64,000 nucleotides of DNA from an uncultured Gemmatimonadales bacterium (GTDB lineage Bacteria; Gemmatimonadota; Gemmatimonadetes; Gemmatimonadales; GWC2-71-9), in assembly GCA_963730185.1 (NCBI GenBank), contig CAVSQW010000008.1, forward strand, positions 192,001-256,000, given 5' to 3'. The notes beneath the pieces were generated by a model, which was not told the DNA's origin, did not search any database, and was given only the letters and a program-made list of their open reading frames with translations. Shown piece after piece: positions 19,679 to 31,282 of the stretch (the first letter of the stretch is position 1; the number at the start of each line of letters is the position of its first letter). The position numbers and the translations under genes are program-made.

Positions 19679-21052
19679 ATGCGCTTTTCCCTCGCCGGCC
19701 TGGCGATCCTTGGCTTTGCGACCACCGCCTGGGCCCAGGACCCCGGCCAGTCGGTCCGGCCGTTCGACCAGAAGCACGGCGGCAGTGAACACCTGCACAT
19801 GATTGCTCACGTCGTCACCCATCCCGGCGCGTGGAAGGCATCCGACATAGAGATGGAGCAGGACCCCGGGCGGCCCTATGTGTACGTCTCGGGCTTCGTC
19901 AACTTCGACGCCCAGATCTACGACGTGAAGGACCCGGCTCACCCCAAGAAGATCTACGACTGGACCATCGAGAACCCGGAGCTCCACCGCGGGATCGGGG
20001 CGATGGACGGCAAGTACTTCAAGATCGGGAACAAGTACTACTACGCCCAGTCGTACCAGTTCATGCAGGGGAGCCCCGACGAGAATCTGGGCGCCGTGAT
20101 CTTCGACGTCACCGGCTTGCCCGATCCGAGCAAAGTCAAAGTGGTGGCCCGGATCAACTACCCCGCCGCCCCGGGCGGGTTCCACAACACCTTCGCCTAC
20201 AAGCACTCGGATGGCCGGGTGCTCTATTTCGCCACCGCCAACGAGCCCAACGCTCTGGTCTTCGATCTCGCCAAAGTGGTGAGCGGCGCGCCCGAGAGCG
20301 AGTCGCTGATCGGCAAGGTCCCGAACCCGACCCCGTTCCGGCAGACGGGGACCGGCGGCTACCACGACTTCTACGTCGCCTACGATCCGGGCACCCACCA
20401 GGACAAATTCTATGGCGCCGGCCTGGGCGGCTATTCGACCTGGGACGTCACCAACCCGGAGAGCCCCAAGCAGCTCTTCACCATCACCGGTCTGGGCCTC
20501 GACATCGCCCACACCTTCACGCCCTCGCCCGACGGCCACTACGCCGTGACCGAGACGGAGTATCAGTACACCCCGCTCCGGGTCTGGGACCTCTCGCGGG
20601 CCCAGAAGGGTGAGGTCCACAACCTCGACGTGCCGATCGCGGGTTGGGCGGCCGACTGGCGCGACCTCTCGCACAACCACGAGGTCCGCTGGCCCTACGT
20701 GTTCGTCTCGGCCTACGAGGACGGCATGCAGGTGTTCGACCTCAAGGATCCGACCAATCCCAAGACCGACGGCTACTACTTCACCTGCGAGTGCACCCAC
20801 ATGCACGGCTTCGGCGGCGGGCCGAACGCCGGGTATGAGAGCACCATCAGCGTGGAGCAGGGGGCCTTCGGCGTCGACGTCCGCAATTCCGATGGGCTGA
20901 TCGTTCTGTCGGACATGCGGAGCGGGCTCTGGCTCTTCAAGCTCGACGGCTTCAACGGGTGGAACGGTCACGACGTCGGGATGCCCAACATCTCCAGCGT
21001 CCAGGACTACGATCACGGGCCGGAGGGCGCGCCGCACCGCACCGGTCCATGA
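19679..21052 (+). CDS. Secreted LVIVD-repeat beta-propeller protein
   Basis: Signal peptide (AWA|Q). Repeats IYDVKDPAHPK, IFDVTGLPDPS, TWDVTNPESPK and VFDLKDPTNPK. Confidence 0.78.
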   Translation: MRFSLAGLAILGFATTAWAQDPGQSVRPFDQKHGGSEHLHMIAHVVTHPGAWKASDIEMEQDPGRPYVYVSGFVNFDAQIYDVKDPAHPKKIYDWTIENPELHRGIGAMDGKYFKIGNKYYYAQSYQFMQGSPDENLGAVIFDVTGLPDPSKVKVVARINYPAAPGGFHNTFAYKHSDGRVLYFATANEPNALVFDLAKVVSGAPESESLIGKVPNPTPFRQTGTGGYHDFYVAYDPGTHQDKFYGAGLGGYSTWDVTNPESPKQLFTITGLGLDIAHTFTPSPDGHYAVTETEYQYTPLRVWDLSRAQKGEVHNLDVPIAGWAADWRDLSHNHEVRWPYVFVSAYEDGMQVFDLKDPTNPKTDGYYFTCECTHMHGFGGGPNAGYESTISVEQGAFGVDVRNSDGLIVLSDMRSGLWLFKLDGFNGWNGHDVGMPNISSVQDYDHGPEGAPHRTGP

Positions 21053-21510
21053 ACCCGGCGGCCCTTGCCCTCCTTCTCCTCACGATGGGGAACGGGCCGT
21101 TCGACATCATGATGTTCGCCACCTCCACGGCTCCGGCGGTGGAGGGGGCGGCCCGTCTGGTGTACGCCCCGTCACCATTCGGGATCGCGGTAACGGCCGA
21201 CGGCCGGGCCAGCTACGAGGCCCAGATCACCGTCTCCCACCTGCCGCCGCCCGACAGTCTCGGCGCCTTCACCAGTTACGTGGCCTGGGAAACGACCACC
21301 GATCTGAGCGAATGGCACCGGCTGGGCACCGTTCAAAACGGTCGGAACACGGTCGGCCGGCTCGAGCTCAACAAGTTCCTCCTGGTCGTCACCGCCGAGC
21401 CCGATTCCCTGGCGGCCACCCGGGCGGGACCAACGGTGCTACACGGCAACTCACCCAGCGGATGGCTCCAGTCGTTCATCACCCATCCGCTCTTCCGGGG
21501 GGTCAACTGA
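21049..21510 (+). CDS. Exported hypothetical protein, translationally coupled to both neighbours
   Basis: ATGA and TGATG overlaps, hydrophobic N-terminus, beta-rich body. Confidence 0.7.
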   Translation: MNPAALALLLLTMGNGPFDIMMFATSTAPAVEGAARLVYAPSPFGIAVTADGRASYEAQITVSHLPPPDSLGAFTSYVAWETTTDLSEWHRLGTVQNGRNTVGRLELNKFLLVVTAEPDSLAATRAGPTVLHGNSPSGWLQSFITHPLFRGVN

Positions 21511-23212
21511 TGCGGCGCCTTGGCTCGGTCGCCGCCGGGCTGGCGTTCTCCCTGGCCGGGCTCGCGCCCGCGTCGGCGCAGGACCCGCCCCACCAGCACC
21601 AGATGGGCGGCGACACCACCATGGCCATGCCCATTCCGATGCCCAAAGGCATGAAGATGATGCCCGGGCTGGTGGGTCTCACCCCGCCGGTCACGCCGTT
21701 CCTCCCGGGTGGCGGGGTCGACCCGATGACCCTGCCCGCGGTCAAGCCGTCCGAGGTGGCCAAGCTCGCCGACGGCGACACCCTGAACCTGACCGCGATG
21801 CTGGTCCGTCGGACGGTGCGGGGCAAGCCGTTCGCGATGTACGGCTTCAACGGGCAGGTGCCCGGCCCCCTGATCCGGGTGCCCCAGAACGCCACCATCA
21901 CCATCCGCTTCCACAACGCGATCGACCTGCCCACCACGGTCCACTGGCACGGTGTCCGGCTCGACAACCGGTTCGACGGCGTGCCCGGCACCACCCAGGA
22001 TCCGGTCCCCCCCGGCGGCGACTTCGTTTACCGGGTGCACTTTCCCGACGCGGGGATCTACTGGTACCACCCCCACGTCCGGGAGGACATCGAGCAGCCG
22101 ATGGGGCTGTTCGGGAACATGCTGGTCGACTCGCCCGATCCCGGCTACTACTCGCCGGTGAACGAGGAACAGGCGCTGATCCTCGACGACCTGCTGGTCC
22201 ACGGCGACAGCTTGATCCCGTTCGGCAAGGAGGCGACCGACTTCGCCCTGATGGGGCGGCTCGGCAACTGCAGCTGGTCAACGGCGAGCCGAACTACTCG
22301 TTGCACGTCAAGCGGGGCGCGGTGGTGCGGTTCTACTTCACCAACGTGGCCAACTCGCGGACCTACAACGTCTCGTTCAGCGGTGCGCCCATCAAGGTGG
22401 TCGCGTCGGACGTGAGCAAGTTCGAGCGGGAGGAGATGGTGCCCAGCGTGGTCCTCGCCCCCGCCGAGCGGAACGTGGTCGAGGTCCGGTTCGACCGGCC
22501 CGGCCGCTATGCCTTGGTCAATGCCGTCCAGGCCATCAACCACTACAAGGGCGAGTTCGAGCCCGAGGTCGACACCCTGGGTGTCGTCACCGTGGACCCG
22601 GCGCCGGCCGCGCCGGACTATGCCGGCCAGTTCGCCACCCTCCGGACCAACGACGCGGTCACCCGCGACATCGACCACTACCGGCCCTTCTTCGGCAAGG
22701 CCCCTGACAAGACCTTCACCCTCACCGTCCGTCCGTCGGGACTGCCGCTCGCGACGGTCCAGTTCATGACCATCGACACGGCGTACTATGCCCCGGTCGA
22801 ATGGGTCGACGGCATGCCGGCGATGAACTGGCTCTCCACGGCCAAGCAGGTCACCTGGATCATCCGGGACGACGCGACGGGCAAGGAGAACATGGACATC
22901 GACTGGCACGTGAAGCAGGGGTCGGTCGTCAAGCTCCGGATCGTGAACGACCCCAAGTCGTTTCACCCGATGCAGCATCCGATCCACCTGCACGGCCAGC
23001 GGATGCTGGTGGTGTCGCGCGACGGCGTGCCGACCCGTAACCTGGTCTGGAAGGACACGGTGATCGTGCCGGTCGGCTCGACGGTCGACCTGCTGATCGA
23101 CGCCTCCAACCCAGGCGCCTGGATGCTGCATTGCCACATCGCGGAGCACCTGGGGTCCGGGATGATGACGGTGATGCACGTCGACGCCGCGAGCGGAGGC
23201 AGGCGACCGTAG
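21510..23212 (+). CDS. Multicopper oxidase (three-domain laccase/CueO-like), -1 frameshift at ~22269
   Basis: All four Cu motifs present: HWHG, WYHPH, HPIHLHG and HCHIAEHLGSGM. Signal peptide and His/Met-rich N-terminus. Confidence 0.9.
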
Positions 23213-23319
23213 CCGGCGGGTCTCTCGACAGGGGTCCTCCGCCCTACTAGAGTTAGGGACAGATTCCGATCCGTCGGCCTTGGCCGGCCCGAAGTTGCTC
23301 GAGAAAAGGACGAGTCGGC

Positions 23320-25894
23320 GTGTTGGCGCGACGAGTTGCCTTTCTCCTCGTTGCGGTCACCCTCGTGACCGGGCTTGCCGTTGGGCTTCTTACCAGGGCC
23401 CGACTGGTGCAGTTGACTATTCCCCTCGAACTGGGCCGGATGCAGGCGCACGCCGCCGACCTGGCCTCCAAACTCCAAGCCTACGAGTCCGGGGCCCGCG
23501 AGACCGTCGTCGCGCTGGCCGCGGCCCCGGGCACCGTCGATGCCGTCTCGGCCGGCCTCGGTCCGCCCCACTCCGGCGGCGCTGAGGCAGAGGGACCGCC
23601 TGGCCCGGACTTTCGGCGGCCAGCTGCGGGCCCGACCTTGGCTCCTCCAGCTCCGGTTGCTCGGGACCAATGGCCTCGAGCTGGTTCGAGTGGACCGTTC
23701 GACCGATGGGGGCTCTCGGATGACGCCCGCCGGCGATCTCCAGGACAAGAGTCAGCGTCCGTACGTGGCCCAGGGCCTGGCGCTCGGAGCCGGCCAGGCC
23801 GGGCTCTCCCTCCTCGAGCCGAACCAAGAGCGGGGCCGGATCGAGCGTCCGGTCATTCCGGTGTTTCGCGCGGTGTCGCCCGTGGTGGCCGGGGGGCGAA
23901 CGATCGGGCTGATCGTCGCGAACGTCGACGCCCGCTGGGTGCTCGGGAGCCTCCGGTCGTCGCTCTATCCCACCAGTCGGGTCTACATCGTGATGGGAAC
24001 CGGCGACTTCGCCGTCAACCCGGACGATCCGGCCGGCGTTTTCTCCCGGGCCCTCCTGCCACCGGGATCCGCCGCTCCGGCGCCCGCCTGGACCGAGCGG
24101 CTCGGGATCGACCCGAGCGCGGTCGCCGCCGGCCGATCGGCGACCATGCTGGTGAAGGGTCGCCAAGGGGCTCGCGGCGTCGCCCTGGTGCCCACCGACC
24201 TGGCACCGGAGGTTCGGATCGTCGAAACCGCGCCGCGCGACGAGCTGGTGGCCGGAATGGCCGATGCTTACCGGGCGAGCCTCGGGATTCCGGCCCTGGC
24301 CGCGGCCGGGGTGTTGGCCGTTGGCCTCATGATGACCCGGCGACTGGCTCGTCAGGTCGACCAGACGGCGCGGGCCAACGTCGAGCTCGCCACCCAGCGG
24401 GCCAACGAGCGGCGGTACGTCGCGGTCATCGAGTCGTCGGCCGACGCCGTCCTGACCCTGGATCCGGCCGGCCGCATCTCCTCCTTCAATCGGGCGGCGG
24501 AGGAGCTCTACGGCTATCCCTCCGCCGCCGTCCTCGGGCGACCCGTCGACATCCTGGTCCCGCCGGAGCGCCGGGCCGAGCTGGCCGGGCTCCGGCGGCG
24601 AGCGGAAGCGGGCGAGCGGCTCACCGTCGAGAGTCAGCGGCGCCACCGCTCGGGGCGGCTGGTGGACGTGTCCCTCAGCCTGTCCCCCATCCTCGATGCC
24701 GCCGGCCGGCCGGTCGGGATCGCGAAGATTGCCCGCGACATCACCGCCCGGAACGAAGCGGAGGAACGATTCCGGCTGGTGGTCGAGCAGTCGCCGTCAG
24801 GCGTCTGCGTCGTGGACCGGGCTGGGCGGATCGAGCTGGTGAACCGCCAGATGGAGACGATGTTCGGCTATGCTCGCGCCGAGCTGCTGGGAATGGGGGT
24901 CGAGGCGTTGCTCCCGAATCGAGTGCGCGAGCAGCACGCTTCCCTGCGAGACGGTTACTGTGCGGCCCCCACGAGCCGGCCTATGGGCCAGGGACGCGAT
25001 CTCTTCGGCCGGCGGAAGGACGGCTCCGAGCTGGTGGCGGAGATCGGGCTCAGCCCCATTCGGATTCGGGGCGAGCTCAGCACGCTCTGCCTCATCGTCG
25101 ACGTCACCGAAAGGAAGGAGGCGGCCGATCGGCTGGCGGCGTATGCCGACCAGCTCGAACGGAGCAACGCGGACCTGCAGCGATTTGCCCATGTCATCTC
25201 GCACGATCTGAGAGCTCCCCTCCGCGGGATTGCGACGGTGGCGGAGTGGTTGGAGCGGGACTTCGGCCCGGTCGTGGATGCGGACGCCCGCGAGAACCTC
25301 CAGCTGATGCGGGACCGGATCGACCGCCTCGGGCGGTTGATCGTCGGGATCCTCGAGTACAGTCGGGTGGGAAGCGTCGTGGCCGACCGCAGCCTGGTCC
25401 GGGTGGAGGCCGTGGTGGCCGATGTGTTGGCGTCGATCGAGGTGTCGGCGGGCGTCTCGGTCGAGATCGGGGGGCCCCTCCCGGATGTGGTGTATAACGA
25501 GATCCAGCTCCGACAGGTCTTCCAAAATCTCGTGGTCAACGCCCTGACCCACGGCGGTCCGGCGCTCCGCCGGGTGATGATTTCCGGCGATCGGAAGCCG
25601 GATGCGGTTCGCTTCGCCGTTCGGGACGACGGGCAAGGCATTCCGGAGCGACACTTTGAACGGATCTTTGGCTTGTTCCAAACCCTGCGGCCCCAGGGGC
25701 CGGGCGGTAGCACCGGGGCCGGGCTCGCCATCGTCAAGCGGATCGTGGAAGACAACGGAGGAGCCATCGTGGTCGAGTCCCGGGAGGGCGAAGGCGCGAC
25801 CTTCACATTTTCGGTGCCGGGCCAGCCGATGCCGGGCCAGCTCCCCGTCCGGTCGGAATCGCCCGACGAGAAGGACCTGCCCCATGCGACGTGA
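23320..25894 (+). CDS. Membrane sensor histidine kinase (periplasmic sensor, 2 PAS, HisKA, HATPase), +1 frameshift at ~23565
   Basis: N-terminal TM in the first frame. Second frame carries a TM, two PAS domains, SHDLRAPL, QNLVVNA, DDGQGI and TGAGLAIVKRIV. Confidence 0.85.
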
Positions 25895-26324
25895 TGTCCC
25901 CCTCCTGGTGATCGAGGACGACGCCATTGATGTCAAGAACTACATCCGGGCCTTTGCGGCGCTTCGGGTCTCCAATCCCATCCATTACGTGACCGACGGG
26001 GAGGATGCCCTGGCCCTGCTTCGCCGGGAGCCCCCCTTCACGGACGCGAGCCGGTTCCCGAGACCGAGCCTCATGCTCCTCGACCTCAACATGCCGAGGC
26101 TGAGCGGGCTCTCCTTCCTGGCGGCGTGCAAGGCCGATCCGAGCTTGCGGTCGATCCCGGCCGTGGTGATGACCACCTCCGACCAAGTGAGCGACCAACG
26201 GCAGTGTTACGAGCTCGGGGCAGCCGGCTTTCTGGTCAAGCCGATGGCCTTCGACGCCTTCGTCGAATGTCTTCGGCGCTTCGACCAATACTGGACGCTC
26301 TGCGAGGTCCCGACTTATGAATGA
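25884..26324 (+). CDS. Single-domain response regulator (Rcp1-like)
   Basis: LLVIEDD, LLDLNMPRLSG, VMTTS and LVKP. Confidence 0.9.
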   Translation: MRRDVPLLVIEDDAIDVKNYIRAFAALRVSNPIHYVTDGEDALALLRREPPFTDASRFPRPSLMLLDLNMPRLSGLSFLAACKADPSLRSIPAVVMTTSDQVSDQRQCYELGAAGFLVKPMAFDAFVECLRRFDQYWTLCEVPTYE

Positions 26325-29300
26325 GCGAGTCCCGCCGTTTCTGGTCTGTCTCGGGGCCTCGGGCGGTGGCCTCGAGGCCCTGGAGCAGTTCTTCGCCCGC
26401 ATGGCACCCGATACCAGTGCCGCCTTCGTGGTGATTGCCCATGCCGCCGCCGAGCTCGAGAGCTCGTTGGGCGAGGTCCTGACCCGGTCCACGGCCATGC
26501 CGGTCCGCCTGGCCGATGAGGAGACGGTGCCCGAAGGCAACACCATTTTTCTCGTCCGCTCGGGAACGGACCTGGTGTATCGCGACGGAGCCCTCCGCGT
26601 CGCGGACCCAGGATCGCCGCGGTGTTCCCCAGCAGCCCTTCGACCGCTTCCTGCACTCGCTGGCTACCGTCGACGCGCCACGGGCGGTCGCGGTGATTCT
26701 GTCGGGCAACGGGAGCGATGGGGCGCGCGGGCTCCGGGCGCTGAAGGAGGCGGGCGGGACCGTGATGGCCCAGGCGCCCGAGACCGCCCGGTATGACGGG
26801 ATGCCGCGCTCGGCGCTCGAGACCGGTCTGGTCGACAGCGCTGGTGCCCCGGAGGTGCTGGCCGAACGGGTGATGCAGGTGCTCCTGAACGACGCGGCGA
26901 TCGCGCGGGCGACCCGGGATCCGGATGAGGGCGTGATGGCGGTGCTCGACGCGTTGCGAACCCGCCACGCGGTGGATCTGAGCTACCTGCGGACCTCGAT
27001 GCTCGGACGACGGACGCAACGGAGGATGATGTTGCTCGGGATCACCGCGATGGCGGACTACGTCGACCGGCTGGTCGCCGATCCGGCCGAGGCCCGGCTA
27101 TTGATCCAGGACACGATGATGAGAGTGAGCGGGTTTTTCCGTGACCCGGACGCCTTTGCGGCGCTCCAGGCGAGCATCGGTCCGAGCCTCCTCCGGTCGC
27201 GCGCCGACGACCAGTTCCGGGTCTGGGTCCCGGCGTGTGCCTCGGGCGAGGAGGCCTACTCGATCGCGATCCTGGTTCTGGAAGCGCTCGAGGTCAACCA
27301 GCTCCGACGGGAGGTCAAGATCCTGGCGACCGACATCGATCTGGACTCGTTGGCGTTCGCCGGTCGTGGGGTCTATCCAGGCACCGCCGCGGTGGACCTC
27401 GGGCCGAGCCGGATGGCCCGTTTCTTCGACCCGACGCCCGCGGGCATCGCGGCGCGGAAGGAGCTGCGGGACCGGATCGTGTTCGCGCGCCACAACCTGG
27501 TGATGGATCCGCCGTACACTCGGATCGATCTGGTGAGCTGCCGGAACCTGCTGATCTACCTCAATCCGGAGGCGCAGCGACAGGTGTTGGGGGCGCTGCA
27601 CTTCGCTCTCCGAAGCAGCGGGCTCCTGTTCCTCGGCTCGGCGGAGAGCCTCGGGGACATGCAGTCGGAGTTCCACGTCCTCGATCCCGCGGCCAAGCTC
27701 TATCGAAAGCGCGGCGACGGGGCCGTGCCGATGGCTCGGCGGTGGAGCGCGGGGCAGCATGGTCCCGGTACGACCGGACCGATCGGAGCCAGGCGGGCCG
27801 ACATCACCGACGAGAATCACCGGGCCATCATCGAGGCGCTCGCCACGAGTGACGAGCGATCGATTGCGCTGCTGAGTACCGAAGGGAGCCTGATCGACAT
27901 CATCGCCGATCCGCTGGCCTTGTTTCGATTGCCGACCGGACGCCCGAGCGCGGACGTCCTCCGGCTGCTGGTCCCCCGGGCGATGGCCGCCGTCACGGCG
28001 GGTCTCCAACGGCTCCGGCGGGGCGAGCCAGAGGGTCGCTTCGACCTGCCGCCCGCGCTTGACGACGACCGCCCTTTGGTGCTCCGGCTCCAACGGCTGG
28101 CGGCCGTGGGATCGACCGGGGAACGGGTGCTGTTGGTGGCCCAACCGGCCCGACGCCCGTCTTCCGGCGCGGCCGCCGATCCGGCTGGCGGGGAGGCCGA
28201 CTCGGTCACCGACCCAGGGACGCTCGCGGCCGAGCTGATGCAGACCCGTGAGAGTCTCCGATGCTCGATCGAGGAGCTCCAGAGTGCCAACGAAGAGCAG
28301 CAGAGCACGAACGAGGAGCTGGTCGCCTCGAACGAAGAGCTCCAGCGCACGAACGACGAGCTCCAATCGGTCAATGAAGAGCTCTTTACCGTCAACGTCG
28401 AGTATCGGAAGAAACACGAGGAGCTCACCGTCCTGGCCGCCGACCTCGAGAACCTCCTGAATAGCATCACCGTCGGGGTGCTGTTCCTCGATGCCAGCCT
28501 CAAGATCCGCAAGTTCACTGCCCGCATGGCGCCGATCGTCGAGCTCCGGGATCTGGACGTGGGCCGCTCGATCGAGCATTTCACGTCGAGCCTCGGTCCC
28601 GACTTCGTCGCCGACGTGAGCCGGGTGCTGGAGACCGGTGAGGTCGTGGAGCGGGAGCGCCGGAGCCTCGATGGGGCCTGGTTGCTGCTCCGGATCCGGC
28701 CCTATCGGACGGAGTTGGATCAGCAACAGGGCGTGGTGGCCACCTTTTTCGACGTCACCCCCCTCAAGAACGCGCACGAAGTCGTCCACGCGGGGAGCGA
28801 TCAGCTCTCGGCCATCAAGCAGGAGCTGGCCCAGCGGCGCGAGGAGGTCGAGGAGATGTTCTCGATCGTGGCCCACGATCTCAAACGCCCGGTGGTGGCG
28901 CTCGACGGCCTGCTTTGGCTCATGGCCGACAAGGACGAGGCCGGCGAGGAGCCCGGCGACCTCCTGGCCCGGGCGCAGCGGGAATGCCATCGCATGCGCC
29001 AGATGCTGCTCGATCTCGAGGGCATTGCCGGCATTCTTCGCCGGGAGATCGCCGTCGAGGACGTCTCGCTCCAGTCGTGGTTGGACGAGCTGGTTGGCCC
29101 CTATCGCGCGGACGCCGAGTCCTTGGGCATCCGAATCAACTGTACCTCCGACATCGGCCACTACGTCTTGGCCACGGGCTTCCTGGCCGAGATCGTCGGC
29201 AACCTGATCGAGAACGCGGTGAAGTACGGTTCTTCGAACCAGAACCCGCGGATCGACGTCTCCTGCCGGGTGAACGAGGGTACCCTCGAGCTCGCGGTCT

Positions 29301-29985
29301 CCGACAACGGGCCCGGCATCGCCGGGGACGACCACCGCCGCGTGTTCGAGCCCTTTCGCCGGCTGGATCCATCCGCCGCCGAGGGCTCCGGAGTCGGGCT
29401 GATGGCCGTGAAGCGACTGGTGCAGCGGTTGGGAGGTACCATCGACTTGGTGTCGGCCCGGGGTCAGGGCGCCAAGTTCACCGCCCGGGTCCCGCTGTCG
29501 CCGGCGCTGGGGCTGAGGGGCAAGGGGCGGAACGGCCCAAGGTGCTGCTGGTGGAGGACGACGACCTCGACGCCAAAGTGGTCGAACGGTTCCTGGGAAC
29601 AGGTATGTCGGTTACCCGAGCCCCGACCATGGCCCAGGCCGAGGTCGAGCTCCGGCGCGGGAAACTGGATCTGGTCCTGCTGGATCTGTCGCTCCCCGAC
29701 GGGCACGGCCTTCAGCTAATTGCCAAGGTCCGGGATCTCTTGGGGCCGTCGGTGCCGATCGTGGTCATCTCGGGGCATGGTGAGGGGGTCGACCGGCGAG
29801 ACACCTATGGGCTCATCGGAGGCTTCGTTTCGAAATCCGAGCTGGATGCCGATACTCTCCTTCGTGAAGTCAACTTCGCCCGCGAGAACCTCCCGCACGC
29901 GGGGCGCCCGACGGTGACCGTCAACATGGGGAACACCAACGATGAGCGGCGCGGCCCGATTGCGGATCCTCCACGCGGACGATGA
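26317..29985 (+). CDS. CheB-CheR-coiled coil-PAS-histidine kinase-receiver fusion; frameshifts at ~26610 and ~29515
   Basis: CheB: GASGGG, H, LSGNGSDG. CheR: FFRD, WVPACASGEEAYS, ATDID, SCRNLLIY. Then EELQSxNEE heptads, AHDLKRP, NAVKY, DNGPGI, and a C-terminal REC (VLLVEDD..LLDLSLPD) in the shifted frame. Confidence 0.85.
28271..28396 (+). repeat. Six degenerate 21-bp tandem units encoding EELQSxN heptads
   Basis: GAGGAGCTCCAGAGTGCCAAC, GAAGAGCAGCAGAGCACGAAC, and so on to GAAGAGCTCTTTACCGTCAAC. Confidence 0.8.
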
Positions 29986-30400
29986 CGACTCGTTTCAGCT
30001 GCTGGTCCGGCGGGCGCTGACCATTCAAGGCCTGACGGACCGGTGCTCGGTCCAATTCGTCAGCGACGGCAAGGACGTGGTGGATTACGTGGCCGGCGTC
30101 GGCGCCTACCAAAATCGGTCGTCATTTCCGCTCCCCCACCTGATCGTCCTCGACCAGCGGATGCAAGCCATGGATGGGATCGACGCCTTGAAACAGATCC
30201 GGTTGGATCGGGAAGGTCGGCGAATTCCCGTCCTGATCTTCAGTACCGCGGCGAGCGACGCCTTGTTGGACGCGTGCTACGCCAACGGAGCCGCTCTGTG
30301 CGTCGAGAAGCCGATGGAGTTCGGTCGGCTCGGACCGATGTTCGAGCACATCGTCAACTTCGCGACCGAGGTGCTCCGGCTACCGGACGCGAGACCCTAG
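29942..30400 (+). CDS. Single-domain response regulator
   Basis: ILHADDD, IVLDQRMQAMDG, IFST and EKP. Confidence 0.85.
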   Translation: MSGAARLRILHADDDDSFQLLVRRALTIQGLTDRCSVQFVSDGKDVVDYVAGVGAYQNRSSFPLPHLIVLDQRMQAMDGIDALKQIRLDREGRRIPVLIFSTAASDALLDACYANGAALCVEKPMEFGRLGPMFEHIVNFATEVLRLPDARP

Positions 30401-30545
30401 ACTGGTTCCGCGGCCCGGGTTTCCAGCGGGTCGATTTCAGGTCTCCCAGCCGCTGCCGATACTTGCACATATCGCCGGCACTGGGGGCCTCCCTCCAGAG
30501 CGTCCCCTCGACCTCAGTCAGCCGGCCCGTCGGAGGAGACCGACG

Positions 30546-31280
30546 ATGGCGGAAGCGCTGCTGGAGGCCCAGGAGGAGGAGATCCAGGCCCTGCTTCATG
30601 TCGTGACCCACGACCTGAGGGAGCCCCTCCGGGCGATCGTGGGGTTCTCGCAGATCATCGAATCGCAATACCAGGACCGCCTCGACCCGGCCGGGCGCGA
30701 CTATTTGGCCCGGGTGTCCCGGGCGGCCGTGCGGATGGACCATCTCATCCGAGACCTCGGAACCCTGAGTCGAGCCCGTCGGCTGGTGCCGCCCGCCCGT
30801 CTGGTCCGGCTCTCGGACCTGGTTGGCGCCGCCCTGGTCCGCCTGGGAGACCAGGTCCGAGCCCGCGGGGCCACGGTCCGGGTGCTCGACGGCCTCGGTG
30901 AGGCCGCGGTCGATCCGCCCTGGGGGGTCGAGGCGATCTGCCAGCTTCTGTTGAACGGTCTCACTTTCAGCGGTCCCGACCGCCCGCCCGAGCTCGAGAT
31001 TGGGCCCTGGTCCGAGCCCGACGCGGTGGGGCTGGCCGTCGGAGACCGGGGGCCCGGCGTGCCGACTGGCCAGGCAGAGCGGATCTTTCGCCTCTTCCAG
31101 CGGGCCGTGGGGCGGGAGGTGGCCGGGACGGGGGCTGGGTTGGCGATCGTTCGGCAGGTGGCCCAGCGGCACGGAGGGCGAGCGTGGGTCCGCCCTCGGG
31201 CGGAGGGGGGAGCGGAGTTCGTGTTGACCTTTCGACGACTTGCCTCGCCATTCACGACCAACGGAGACGGACCGGGCTGA
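30546..31280 (+). CDS. Sensor-less histidine kinase (HisKA + HATPase only)
   Basis: THDLREPL at residue ~21, LLNG, DRGPGV and GTGAGLAIV; GGAGGAG RBS. Confidence 0.85.
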   Translation: MAEALLEAQEEEIQALLHVVTHDLREPLRAIVGFSQIIESQYQDRLDPAGRDYLARVSRAAVRMDHLIRDLGTLSRARRLVPPARLVRLSDLVGAALVRLGDQVRARGATVRVLDGLGEAAVDPPWGVEAICQLLLNGLTFSGPDRPPELEIGPWSEPDAVGLAVGDRGPGVPTGQAERIFRLFQRAVGREVAGTGAGLAIVRQVAQRHGGRAWVRPRAEGGAEFVLTFRRLASPFTTNGDGPG

Positions 31281-31282
31281 CC

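Noticed and set aside
28271..28396. 21-bp periodic repeat as a possible CRISPR array
   Set aside because: No spacers. The units are degenerate in-frame codon repeats of a coiled coil, and no cas genes are present.
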